Of a stretch of DNA of 64,000 nt, positions 48,842 through 58,949 are shown piece by piece (positions within the stretch are counted from its first letter, which is position 1; each line of letters starts with the position of its first letter). The position numbers and the translations under genes are program-made. The notes below the pieces were generated by a model, which was not told the DNA's origin, searched no databases, and worked only from the letters and a program-made list of their open reading frames with translations. This stretch comes from Mayamaea pseudoterrestris. Its lineage: Eukaryota. Location of the stretch: contig BROI01000014.1 of the NCBI GenBank assembly GCA_027923505.1, positions 806,001 to 870,000 of the forward strand. The letters are read 5' to 3'.

Positions 48842-51800
48842 TTATTCGTCTTCCCAGAATCCCGACTTTGTGATTGTTTTTCGGCTGGCTTTTGTCATTG
48901 GCTGTAGAGCTTCAGTTTGCGGTTGATCAAAGACCCGCTCACTGAACAGTCGTCGAATGTCCATGGCCGTCATCTCAGCAAAGGAAGCCGTTGTCGAGTC
49001 AGCTGTCAGAAGCTCGTATTTAGGGAAATGACCGATCAAATTGACACTGCGCATGTCAACCTCATGCGCAGCGTGCGATGCATGTGGTGTCGAGTCAAAC
49101 GCGACACAATGGTCGGGCCTTCGCTCAACTCGCAAAGCAGCGCCAAGTAATTGTTGCACATCATCCTTGTAACCACTTGTCGACGAAACACGCTTATCAG
49201 CAGGGAAAAATTCGGCCAGACCGGAATATTGCAGAAGCGCTTCCACTTGATCGCTCTCCAAGAATGAGACAATGGCGCAAGACATCTCGACATCGAGCAG
49301 CGATTTTATCCATTTAGCGGTTCCAGATGCAGAAGACACCATAGGAATCGTGTTGGCAGAATTCGGAGTAGTGGATGCTTGCTCTGTGTTGACGTTCCAA
49401 CGCTTGCGTAAAACACTAATTTCGTTCAAGTACAGCTCAACAAACCGCGCTGCCTCCTTGAAATCGTTCGCCCAAGCGAAACCTGAAACAACAGCCGATT
49501 CTGGACCGACTGACATTGCAAAGAGAACTTGGTCATCAGTAGGCGGCTCTCTACCTTCCTTAGTCGCCACTGCTTCCCAAGCTTCATACGCCGTTTTAAA
49601 TACTTCATCCTGACTCGGTCCAGCGGTCAGATCTGCAATACTTGTCTGATCAGACGACTGGAGCGACACCCCAGGCGTGGCTTGGTTTGCTGACTCCGTA
49701 ATGACCGTTTCCCGTGCTTGTATTTGCTTTTCCTCAACCTCTATTGTTGAGGGACCTTGCGGTGCAACCCCTAAGCTTGCGTCGACATGCTCCCGAAAAG
49801 AAGCAACAACCTTTTGCAGCATCACGTCATCGCCCGTCCAGCCGAAAAATTGGCTCACCGCCATTAATGGTTCGTTAATGACGAATGCGGAAAGAACCGC
49901 GTCCGAACTGGGCGGCGTTAAACCAAACGCTTCGGCCACTGACTGCCAAGCTCGATAATGAATTTCCATCATGGCGTTCTCATTGACAACGCTTTTTATT
50001 TGGCTCGTATTACTTGTACTAGCTTCTGTTTGTGTTGGTTCAGGCACCTTTGTTGCCAAAGTTGCACGGCCATACTTTAGACAATTATTGTACGTTTCAA
50101 CAATTCGACTTGCTTCATTTACGTCGCTCGTCCAACGAAACGCTTCCATGACGGCCCTTTCAGGATCTAAAGATGCGGCATGAAATAGATCGGCTTGCGA
50201 AGGGACTGACTTCGAATAAAATTCTGCTGTCGCTAGCCAAGAATTCATCGAAGACCCAGTCGACGCCTGTCGTGCTGCTGAATCAATCACATCGGCACCT
50301 ATCACAAGTGCATCCGCTGCTTTGTCTGGCGGAACAATGCCTTCACCTTTCGCCCAGCTATCAAATAGCTCGCGAAAAATTTTCCTATGCAGTGCTGTTG
50401 CATCTCTAATAGTTACAACGTCATTCGTCCAGAAAAATGCTTCCCTCATTGCGACTTCGGGTCGCAGAACAGATGCTCTTACAACATCATCATGCTCTGG
50501 TGCTTTAAACCCGAATTGATCCGCGACTTCTGTCCAAGCCTTCATTTGCAATCCAGTCAAATCCACTAAAACTCCTTCGAGCCGGAATATCGCGCCAAAA
50601 CAACTGAACGGCTTGTTTACTCGCGGTAAATACTGAGACACGCCAGTCGAGTAAACGGACTCTTTGTGGTCCATCAATGAGTTTAAACCAGCTGCATCAA
50701 GTTCAATGAAATCCAGCAAGCTTTCTTTTCTAGCTTTAGAACTGGCATCGCCCCAGTCGCTCCGCCTCCTCCGAAAGTCTTCATCGTCGAATTTATAATC
50801 TGCGTAGTCGTCCGAGTTTCGAGAGTTTCGTCGAATCCTATCGTTACTGACTTCAATACCCATCTGTCGATTCTGGCCACGTCGCTGCTCGTACTCATGA
50901 AGTTGTTGAACCCTCTTGTCATACTGATCGTCCTCAAACGTTGTATCAATACTAACTCCGCTTAACAGTTGCCCCTTCACGCCCCGTGGTTCATCCCGAT
51001 TGGATTCCTGACGCAACCAACCTGGCATTTCGGCGTCAGTGGTTTTGTCCTTTTTCGAGGAGTCGGGATTTTCTGTTGCATCAACATCATCGTCATCATC
51101 ATCATCGTCGTCGTCGCCATCAAGCTCACTGTCTTCGCTCTCCCACGCGAGGATACCGCCACGATCGCTGATGGCCCCTTCGTCAAGGGTTTCTATTCGT
51201 CGCCGTTGGGGTCGTGGACCAAGTGCATTTAAAACGGTTTCCGCGTATTTGACGTCGTCTAAGGATGTAGGAAGCTCAATAGCAGGTGGGAGAATCGCAT
51301 CTTCATCAAGTGCTTTGCGCAATTCTTTTTCCTTCTGGATGAACTCTTCATACGACGTTCTCCTCATTGCACTCGCTTCTAGATTGTCTTTGAGCCGGCC
51401 TCCCCCAACAGCCGACACAGTCCGGTAAAGAGAATCAGTTATCTTTTCTTGCCTGACAGACGATTGTGATGCTGCCGCAGCGGGTGCAGAAATAGATTGT
51501 GGAATGCCTTTTTGAGTGCGAGACGGTCTGGGCCCGATCGCCTGCAATACCCTGTCGGCATCTATGCTTCCATCGTCGCCAATTAATGCGGAAACATTTA
51601 CTGCCAGTTCATCAGACGATAGCTCCTCACTATCGACAGCCAAACCCGATTTTTGACGTGCTGCGTCTTCTATTCGTCTATACTCCTCGTATTGTCGCCG
51701 GATTTTATCCTGTTCGTCTTTCGTCCAGGCACCTGCTTTTCGGAACATGGATTGTAACTTCTGTTCCTCCATATCTCCAAGCTTTGAATCGACAGGAGCA

Positions 51801-53593
51801 GCTCTCCCAATCTCTAACTCTTGCGAAAAGAATGGTGTGTTGGGCGGCGGTGGAGGCGCCCTAGTATTGTCTAGATCAGTTTCGAATTCTTCAGTAACGG
51901 CGTAGACATTTTCATTCTCCTGCGCCATGCGACTTCGTTTCGAGGCCAGTTCCTTATCAACGGGCAGTATTCTATTTTCCGGAAGCGCCGTAAACACGCC
52001 ACGCAAATCTACCGGGCCTGTTTGCTTAATATTTATTCTCTCCTCCAAAGAAGCCTCATCGACGTCCAGATAGTCGTTGGGTTCCAAAATTGATTTCATG
52101 TATGCAATTTCTTTCTCTAAATTTTCCCGCCGTGAGGGACTGACCGAGGCTAGGAGACTTTCCAAAGCTTTGACAGACATTCGGTTTATTTCCTTACGAG
52201 TTTCCGCCTTCGTCCGATTTACGGATTCTGCCATCGCGCTGGGTTTCGTCGCTTCAACGACACCCAGAAATTCAAATGGTAGCCGTGGTCCACGAGTCAA
52301 TCCCAGTTGCTCTCTGATAGATTCTTCCTTTTCCACATATGCTTTCCATGCTTCTAAGCGTCGTGATACTTCGTCTTGCCGTGCCTGCATGTCTTCAGCA
52401 CCCTCTCCCAGCAGCGCGTCGTCTGCTGCCAAGCGAGTGGCGATTGATCGATACATTTGAAACTCTTTCATTCCATCCGTTCGAATAGTCCCCTTTTCGG
52501 ATTCTCGCTGCAAGCGACTTCTGAGTCTGTCGGCACTTTCTTCAAGCATGTCAACAATATCTTGAGCTCCTCCTGCTTCGGATTTGCTTTCCGCCATTTC
52601 TTCCAACCTGTCGAGCGCCCACAAGTCCATATTTGTGCCCTCGACAGGCAATGCTATACTTTTATCATCAACAGATTTTCTGAAAGCTTCTTGCTCATAC
52701 AGACCAAAATCGTCCCGTTCCCGTTTGAATGCTTGTCGTCGTTCTAATTCATCTTGCGTCTCGTCCAATAGTATCTGCAAGTCTTCCGTCACTTCGATTT
52801 TTGAAATGTCCTGTCGTTCCAGCTGCTCCATCCGCTGCGCCCCATAGGTCTGTATACGTTCATTGGCTCGCTTATCTCGAGTTTCAATCAACTCTCGTTC
52901 CATCTCTTCCTTGAAAATGAATTTCATGAGAGCTTCTGCATTCTCGGGAACAGAGTCAGCGTCCTGCTTTCGTTGCGTTTCAAGTCTCGCGAGCATTTCA
53001 TCAAACATGGAGTCATACTTATTCATTATTTGCTCCTTTTCTTCCTGAAACCATGCATCTTCCGGCAATCCTTGTCGTCGTTGTCGAGGCGCCCTTGTCT
53101 TGCTGCTTCCGCCAGCTTCCGCTGTTTGTAACGCCACAGAATTTTCCATGGTGCCAAGGTCGTCGCCATTTTCGGCAGCGCGAAACATTTCGGAAAGAGA
53201 GGGCATGCCAGATAGTAAATTGTTGAGTCGCGTCTTAACGCGGCGAGGAAAAGACGAAGAAGAAGGTGATGGCGTGTCGTCCTTGGGAGAAAAGAAGTCT
53301 GATGGATTCGTTTCCTGTCGAAACGCTTGGGATTGGCGCTCGTACTCGTCCATCATATCTCCTTCCTTGCTACCAGCCGCTAGATACCGCAACAATTTTG
53401 AGCGAGTATTCCATTTGCTATTGTGACATTGACTTGAAATACATGGAACGAGCGTGAAGGCAAAGGAAGAATTTAGGGAGACCAGAACGCAAACCCCAAA
53501 GAGGAAGCCTCTCGATAATGTTGCTTTCAGAGCAGTTGCAAACGTCTTGTTTCTCCATACCAAGACATTTTCTTCTCTATTATTATCTGGCAT
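48842..53593 (-). CDS. 1583-aa putative plastid protein: coiled-coil N-half plus a C-terminal HAD-like domain with repeated cap modules
   Basis: Leader ...SLNSSFA-FTL; HAD motif-I-like GAIFRLEGVLVD; motif-IV-like region RRPDHCVAFDSTPHASHAAHEVDMRSV. Confidence 0.78.
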   Translation of the reverse strand: MPDNNREENVLVWRNKTFATALKATLSRGFLFGVCVLVSLNSSFAFTLVPCISSQCHNSKWNTRSKLLRYLAAGSKEGDMMDEYERQSQAFRQETNPSDFFSPKDDTPSPSSSSFPRRVKTRLNNLLSGMPSLSEMFRAAENGDDLGTMENSVALQTAEAGGSSKTRAPRQRRQGLPEDAWFQEEKEQIMNKYDSMFDEMLARLETQRKQDADSVPENAEALMKFIFKEEMERELIETRDKRANERIQTYGAQRMEQLERQDISKIEVTEDLQILLDETQDELERRQAFKRERDDFGLYEQEAFRKSVDDKSIALPVEGTNMDLWALDRLEEMAESKSEAGGAQDIVDMLEESADRLRSRLQRESEKGTIRTDGMKEFQMYRSIATRLAADDALLGEGAEDMQARQDEVSRRLEAWKAYVEKEESIREQLGLTRGPRLPFEFLGVVEATKPSAMAESVNRTKAETRKEINRMSVKALESLLASVSPSRRENLEKEIAYMKSILEPNDYLDVDEASLEERINIKQTGPVDLRGVFTALPENRILPVDKELASKRSRMAQENENVYAVTEEFETDLDNTRAPPPPPNTPFFSQELEIGRAAPVDSKLGDMEEQKLQSMFRKAGAWTKDEQDKIRRQYEEYRRIEDAARQKSGLAVDSEELSSDELAVNVSALIGDDGSIDADRVLQAIGPRPSRTQKGIPQSISAPAAAASQSSVRQEKITDSLYRTVSAVGGGRLKDNLEASAMRRTSYEEFIQKEKELRKALDEDAILPPAIELPTSLDDVKYAETVLNALGPRPQRRRIETLDEGAISDRGGILAWESEDSELDGDDDDDDDDDDVDATENPDSSKKDKTTDAEMPGWLRQESNRDEPRGVKGQLLSGVSIDTTFEDDQYDKRVQQLHEYEQRRGQNRQMGIEVSNDRIRRNSRNSDDYADYKFDDEDFRRRRSDWGDASSKARKESLLDFIELDAAGLNSLMDHKESVYSTGVSQYLPRVNKPFSCFGAIFRLEGVLVDLTGLQMKAWTEVADQFGFKAPEHDDVVRASVLRPEVAMREAFFWTNDVVTIRDATALHRKIFRELFDSWAKGEGIVPPDKAADALVIGADVIDSAARQASTGSSMNSWLATAEFYSKSVPSQADLFHAASLDPERAVMEAFRWTSDVNEASRIVETYNNCLKYGRATLATKVPEPTQTEASTSNTSQIKSVVNENAMMEIHYRAWQSVAEAFGLTPPSSDAVLSAFVINEPLMAVSQFFGWTGDDVMLQKVVASFREHVDASLGVAPQGPSTIEVEEKQIQARETVITESANQATPGVSLQSSDQTSIADLTAGPSQDEVFKTAYEAWEAVATKEGREPPTDDQVLFAMSVGPESAVVSGFAWANDFKEAARFVELYLNEISVLRKRWNVNTEQASTTPNSANTIPMVSSASGTAKWIKSLLDVEMSCAIVSFLESDQVEALLQYSGLAEFFPADKRVSSTSGYKDDVQQLLGAALRVERRPDHCVAFDSTPHASHAAHEVDMRSVNLIGHFPKYELLTADSTTASFAEMTAMDIRRLFSERVFDQPQTEALQPMTKASRKTITKSGFWEDE

Positions 53594-53767
53594 ATTAGAT
53601 TAAGAAGGTGAAGGTATGTAAAATGAACGAGCGCAGCGAAAGTTCTCGTCATCCATCATCGCGGGTGCGTCGCGATAACGCGTCGAGTCATCGGTCATTC
53701 GCTATGCGACATCATGTGAACCACTGCGACAACTGTCTCATCGGTTGATCGCCGATCGCTGCTGCCA

Positions 53768-55354
53768 ATGATGATGAGAAGCAAACCGCAACCATCAGCA
53801 GCTATAAGTAACATCTCATTATCGGGAAAAGCTTTAATTGAAGTAGTGAGATCAACAGGAATGACATTTGACCAAGGCCAAAAACTGGCGCACACTTTGG
53901 AATCGCTCGTCGCCGTCATCAAGTCGAACGACGTCAGTTCCAGCGACCGCAACATTTGCAACCATTGCGTGGATAGTGACAACAACTTTTTCTTATCTGA
54001 ATACGATGGGCCGGTTGATAAGAGCTTGGCTATCCAATTTATCGAGTCGTGCATAAGTTCGCTACACGACAATCCGCAGTGCAATTCTCACGTTGTAGAT
54101 TGGCCAGAAAACGCTACCTTTACAGACGACTCAATTTGGTTGTCATTGCCCAAATGGTTTCCACACATTCAATGGTCGATTTGTACGTTCAGATCGCTGG
54201 ATCGCTCGTCGTTTCGTCGCATTTTTGACCCAGCGAATGGTTGGCAGCTGGATTTAATGCAGCATGGAAGTTGTCGCGTAACAAGGCAAACGAGCCGAGC
54301 ATTTTACTCGGATCAGCCGCGACTTGTTACTCATCATGGGAGAGACATGGCAAGGACAAATTCCAGCAAGCCTGTGATTCGAGTCTTTCGTTGCGCGCCG
54401 CGCCCATGCTTGAAGAAGGGTATTCAAGCAGTCCAGGCCGAGCCGCTGCAGGAGAATGTATTTGATATTTGGATTCGACACTTTGATTTGAGTACTGGAG
54501 ATGACATCGGAACATTCAAGCACGATCTAGGAGCCAGTGTAGAGCTAGTTGATATGCTGACTGAGGTTGAAATGGTGAAGCATATTCGAAAGAGTCCTGC
54601 CCTCAAACTGGCGGCTGACGCGGCAATTGGCGTAATTGTCGACAACGCTGCACAAGATTTTACAAATGTCTACGAGTCTCCACCCAAAGCTTCCAATAAC
54701 CAATCGGTAACGATTGCAGCGCAACGTGAGGCTGACGCAGGGTGGCTGGAGCTACTGGAACTAGAACCCGAGTCGCCGTTCTGCACACCTGGCGAGGTTT
54801 CGTTTGACAAAGGAGGGCTGATTTCTAAAGCAGCGCGGATGGTTACGGATGCTGAGTCCATTCTCTCTCCTAGCTTTGCTACTTCAGGCAACACAAAACT
54901 GAATGACACCCATATTCATTCGTTTGATGATTCTGTTTTGAACCCAATGGGGACCGAACTTGACGAGCGCCAGAAACACCTCAATAAGCTCAATCACCTT
55001 TCACCGATCGAGGAGTCACCCTATGGGTTTGACGCCAATAAGGCTGGCACACTTCGTTATTCTGTGGGCAGCCCATGCAAAGTTGTTCAAACACCAGCGT
55101 CGTCACCATCGGAAGCATACACCAAGTTTCCCTGGCACACCCCTCTCCCTGCGACACCTGCAACGACACAAAGTGCTGACAAACCTGCTGAGATCCTCCT
55201 CTCGGAGCTTGCCGCAATTGTGGGTGGCGAGCCCTGCCGCCGACCATTGCAGGCGTGGACTTCACCAAAGCAACTTACTCCGGTCAAATCCAGTAAAAAG
55301 TTGTTTAACGTTGCAACCCCGCAAGCAACAGATGAGAATTGCGTGAATGCTTAA
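53768..55354 (+). CDS. Hypothetical protein (528 aa) with an SP/TP-rich C-terminus
   Basis: Long uninterrupted ATG-initiated ORF; no recognised domain. Confidence 0.7.
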   Translation: MMMRSKPQPSAAISNISLSGKALIEVVRSTGMTFDQGQKLAHTLESLVAVIKSNDVSSSDRNICNHCVDSDNNFFLSEYDGPVDKSLAIQFIESCISSLHDNPQCNSHVVDWPENATFTDDSIWLSLPKWFPHIQWSICTFRSLDRSSFRRIFDPANGWQLDLMQHGSCRVTRQTSRAFYSDQPRLVTHHGRDMARTNSSKPVIRVFRCAPRPCLKKGIQAVQAEPLQENVFDIWIRHFDLSTGDDIGTFKHDLGASVELVDMLTEVEMVKHIRKSPALKLAADAAIGVIVDNAAQDFTNVYESPPKASNNQSVTIAAQREADAGWLELLELEPESPFCTPGEVSFDKGGLISKAARMVTDAESILSPSFATSGNTKLNDTHIHSFDDSVLNPMGTELDERQKHLNKLNHLSPIEESPYGFDANKAGTLRYSVGSPCKVVQTPASSPSEAYTKFPWHTPLPATPATTQSADKPAEILLSELAAIVGGEPCRRPLQAWTSPKQLTPVKSSKKLFNVATPQATDENCVNA

Positions 55355-56177
55355 GTTATACTTGCTTTGCTGTTCAACAAAGGTTAAGATTAAACATTCA
55401 TGTATACCGAATTTAAATATATTGAACGCGTAAAAATTGTATACCAAGTGATAACAGTGGGGTTCTAGCAGCTGCCTTCGGCATGGCAATGCCACTTCAG
55501 TATATGCAATGGGCACCAACAGGGCTCCACTGACTGTAACTCAATAAGCTGCTTCTCATCACAGCTAATCTTATCTCACGTTTGGACGTAGTCATGCTTT
55601 GCTAGACTCATTAGCGTGCCTGTGTCAGGCTGCAACCACCAGAAAGTATAGATAGTATCTCCTACGATACGGAGGACCTTGCAGCTCAAAGTCGCGCATT
55701 ACCTGATGCAGCAACGCAAGGCACGGATTACAGAATCAAAAAATATTGTTATCAAGGCAGAGAAGTAGATGAAACGATAATCATTGGCGCTCGCTTCCAG
55801 TCGTTTGAATCCCTTACCTACCCAATGATCTATTCTATGCCGCGCCTACGAGCTGCTGTCGCTGGAGCGGGCGAGGGAGTATGGCTGCTTGTTCGAGTTG
55901 GAGGAGGAGGGTGCATGGTGACACTAACTTGCAATCCGGACGACGACATAAGTTTGATATGGAGGTGCTTACGTATCGACAGCCGGTGCTAAAGCGCATG
56001 TGAACGACGAGGTTCCTGCCTCCTGCCGCCATGATTCATTTTGCCATATTACGCAGTTGCTCTGGGGAATAAACACGAACACAATTGCATTTATAACCAT
56101 ATTCATCTCAAAATTATGATTTAGAAAATTAGTTGGCCCGTCGGACTTAAGGATCTTGGTACGCCATGACTCTAAGC

Positions 56178-56423
56178 TTACGACATGACGCAGCAACCCC
56201 CATCACCACCACCACCTCTGGACGTATGAAACTGGTTTGGCTTAACGACGCCTTCTTTCACTAGAAACCCATCATTAGCTTCTGCCTCAATCAAGGCCGC
56301 AATCACCTTGGACGAAACACTGCTCGTCTTGGGTGCCTTTTCTGTGGCAGCCAATTGTTTCTTGTAGACGCCAACTTCTTGTTCGTACAGCTGGTGCTCG
56401 GAAATAACTTGGAATTCCGACAT
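56178..56423 (-). CDS. Putative heterotrimeric G-protein gamma subunit (81 aa)
   Basis: N-terminal heptad helix LYEQEVGVYKKQL, KTSSVSSKVIAAL, DGFL, PNQF and a C-terminal CaaX (GGCCVMS). Confidence 0.7.
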   Translation of the reverse strand: MSEFQVISEHQLYEQEVGVYKKQLAATEKAPKTSSVSSKVIAALIEAEANDGFLVKEGVVKPNQFHTSRGGGGDGGCCVMS

Positions 56424-56719
56424 GGTTATAGCGCGAGAGGTGTGTTACGTATATATCGACTATGTGTGAACGTAACGCTTGGTTCAACTGTGAACAAAGA
56501 TCAGGTTGTAGCAAGGGAAGTGATGTGACAGTGATGAAGACGACTCGTCGTCGTCGCGCCCTCATCAAAACAGGAGTCGTTCCGGCACTCAGATTCTCGA
56601 CTCATTCGTAGCGAAGCCTTGGATGATGCTTGTTAGTTGCTTGTCACGCTCTTCGATCTTCGGATCATCAAACGATCAGCAACTACACTTACACTGACCT
56701 TGAACAATCAACATTGATC

Positions 56720-57241
56720 ATGTCGCGCCCGGCTCCAAGCTACATTTCCAAGGACGACATGCATACATTGAATGATGTCCGGAAGGATCTTTGGAAGAAT
56801 GGATTGTACGGCCTTGGGATGGGTTCGCTTGCCGGACTTTCGCTTCATTCGGTCGCATCGCTGGTTCAAAAGCGAAGCAACTACAAGCTGTTTCAAGCCA
56901 ATCGCAACACGGCTTTCATGAGTGTCATGCTTGGAGGCGCCATTGGCTCGTTTGTATTGTCAACGACGGCAGGAAAGAATGATGTTCACCAACTGCACAA
57001 GATTTTCGAATCGGGCAGCCGCGACGCTCGCCAGGAGCGACTCATGGAGGAGGAAGATTTGAATGCGTCACTACGTCACCATCAATCACAGGAGGGCCAA
57101 CGAAATGATGTGCTGACTGACAGGATGCAGCGCGAGAAGAATCGTTTGACTCGACGAGCGTCGCTGGAACATAGTCTCAATTCGCGGAATGGCTTGTCCG
57201 ATTCGCATGGAGGGAAATGGGCAGATGATGATAGAAATTAA
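56720..57241 (+). CDS. Small two-TM hypothetical protein
   Basis: Two Gly-rich hydrophobic segments (GLYGLGMGSLAGL; VMLGGAIGSFV) and a charged C-terminus. Confidence 0.65.
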   Translation: MSRPAPSYISKDDMHTLNDVRKDLWKNGLYGLGMGSLAGLSLHSVASLVQKRSNYKLFQANRNTAFMSVMLGGAIGSFVLSTTAGKNDVHQLHKIFESGSRDARQERLMEEEDLNASLRHHQSQEGQRNDVLTDRMQREKNRLTRRASLEHSLNSRNGLSDSHGGKWADDDRN

Positions 57242-57420
57242 TCATTACATGGGTACTTGAAACAATTACGTACTAGTGGACATTAGGATGGTAATAGTGG
57301 GCGAGCCATTGTCATGATTATGTCAGCGGTCGTCAAACCACGCCTGTTCCATGCTGCTGTTGGTATCCTATGAATAGCGAGTAAGCAATAGCGTAAATCA
57401 TTTTTACATTATATTAGCGA

Positions 57421-58587
57421 TCAAAATCCACCGTAAACTATTCGCACAGTCTTTGGGTCAATCATGTATTTCGATCCGCGTTTCGTCTCAGCCTTCATGA
57501 GGTCGAAAGCTATAACGCCGCCATTTACAATCTTCTTGCTCTTGGAGGGATGCTGCACACTGAATGGCAGGAACATGTTGAAGAAGCTACGAAACCAAAT
57601 CGAATGCCCGCCCACAATCACGTGCTCCTCCGTCACGTCAGTGGAAAACACAAAATCGCAAAAGTCATTCATTCGCAAAAGCCCATAGGATGTAATGGAC
57701 TTGTTTCCCGTGTATAGACTCATATCGGTTTGATTGTCGTATATATCTTGAAAGTTGCATAGTTTGTAATGCTTTTCGATCCAGGAGGCTTGTATTGTTG
57801 TCTGCGCCGGTGTAATGGATAGTGTATCAGGATTGCGGCTAATCTCCTGCAGTGAACTAATGACAACAATCTTGTCGTCGGGTCGACGCGATAGCCGGTC
57901 TCGAAAGCAGCCAGCAATGGTGGATGACGCCCGTCGGAGACCCGACGAAACGAGTTTGGACTTGGGTGCGTCTGGGTCCCCACGAAGAACCTTTAAATGA
58001 AGTGATTCGCTTCCATTCATGTTGCTCTTATTTTCAATAAAGGTGTGCAGCTCTTCAATCTGAGCCAGACCAAGATGCGACAACGGCGAATCGTAGAACC
58101 AGCTGTCAGCAAAAAAAAAAACGAATTGTGAGATTAGTTCGAAAGGTGTGAGTGAGCAACAACAAATTACCCAAAGATGCTCGCACCTGTCTAGCTTTCC
58201 ACTCAGCAATAGGTAAATTTCATATAGGCAAGCCTTGATAAGTCCAGGAATGAAACCAACAGCAAAATCTTGCCAACTTCGATGTGCTCCCTTGTTGAAG
58301 GTCTCATTCCAACAACTTTCGCCATGTCGAATGAAGTAGATTGTCTTGCATTGGACCGGCAATTCCTTACTTAAATGTGGTCCAAATATAGCACCAGGGT
58401 CCTGTGGATCCTTCCAGGATTTGTCGAATGAAAGGCAAAAGTACAGTATACTGTACAATAGCATTCGTAGCTTGTAGATTAGAATCGGCAGGTGAAAGAG
58501 TGACATGACGCACAGAAATACGAAAAGTGGCAGGCAGTAGCAATTGTCATCCCCAATCAATGAGGCAAGACGGTCCAACAGGTACAT
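57421..58587 (-). CDS. Histidine phosphatase (phosphoglycerate-mutase-like) superfamily protein; probable 84-nt intron at 58186-58103
   Basis: Motifs YFIRHGES.WN, DSPLS..G..Q, SSGLRRA..T, LQEISRN and VGGHS; N-terminal hydrophobic anchor. The start is uncertain (58587 or 58506). Confidence 0.82.
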   Translation of the reverse strand: MYLLDRLASLIGDDNCYCLPLFVFLCVMSLFHLPILIYKLRMLLYSILYFCLSFDKSWKDPQDPGAIFGPHLSKELPVQCKTIYFIRHGESCWNETFNKGAHRSWQDFAVGFIPGLIKACLYEIYLLLSGKLDRCEHLWVICCCSLTPFELISQFVFFFADSWFYDSPLSHLGLAQIEELHTFIENKSNMNGSESLHLKVLRGDPDAPKSKLVSSGLRRASSTIAGCFRDRLSRRPDDKIVVISSLQEISRNPDTLSITPAQTTIQASWIEKHYKLCNFQDIYDNQTDMSLYTGNKSITSYGLLRMNDFCDFVFSTDVTEEHVIVGGHSIWFRSFFNMFLPFSVQHPSKSKKIVNGGVIAFDLMKAETKRGSKYMIDPKTVRIVYGGF

Positions 58588-58949
58588 TTCCCAAGCAGAT
58601 AGCAAGAGTCGTAGTCGGAGCAACCAACAACTGCAGACGCTCCTCGATTGGAGTGTCTTCAAGTCGGTGGCCAAGACCGTGACTTTGTCACTGTCAAAAG
58701 GACGATTGGGACGCGTCCGTTTTCATTTTCTGGCGTCGTTGGAGCTCGAAAGGTTCGGAAGTTTGCGACGGTTTCTCCGCGCAAGCGAGGCAGCCCAATG
58801 GGTCGTGGTGCGACAGTATCTAGCGCGGCCGCCGTCGATGGAAACGTTCGGCGCGCGAAGGAGCCAGCAGCCGACTTTGCTCCATCGCAATCAAACCATT
58901 CACCAAGCAAATAGCAGAAGCATTGCATCCCACCAAGACTTGCTGAACC

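Noticed and set aside
55340..55354. Terminal CVNA of the 528-aa protein as a CaaX box
   Set aside because: Asn at the a2 position is unfavourable and nothing else suggests prenylation.
55690..55725. ACCTGAT...GCAAGG resembling TPP riboswitch P4/P5 or a hammerhead core
   Set aside because: No upstream CTGAGA, no TAAT loop, no CTGATGA/GAAA core, and no thiamine gene nearby.
55835..56032. 65-aa minus-strand ORF and nearby splice-like donors downstream of the G-gamma candidate
   Set aside because: No consistent spliced reading frame or recognisable domain could be assembled.
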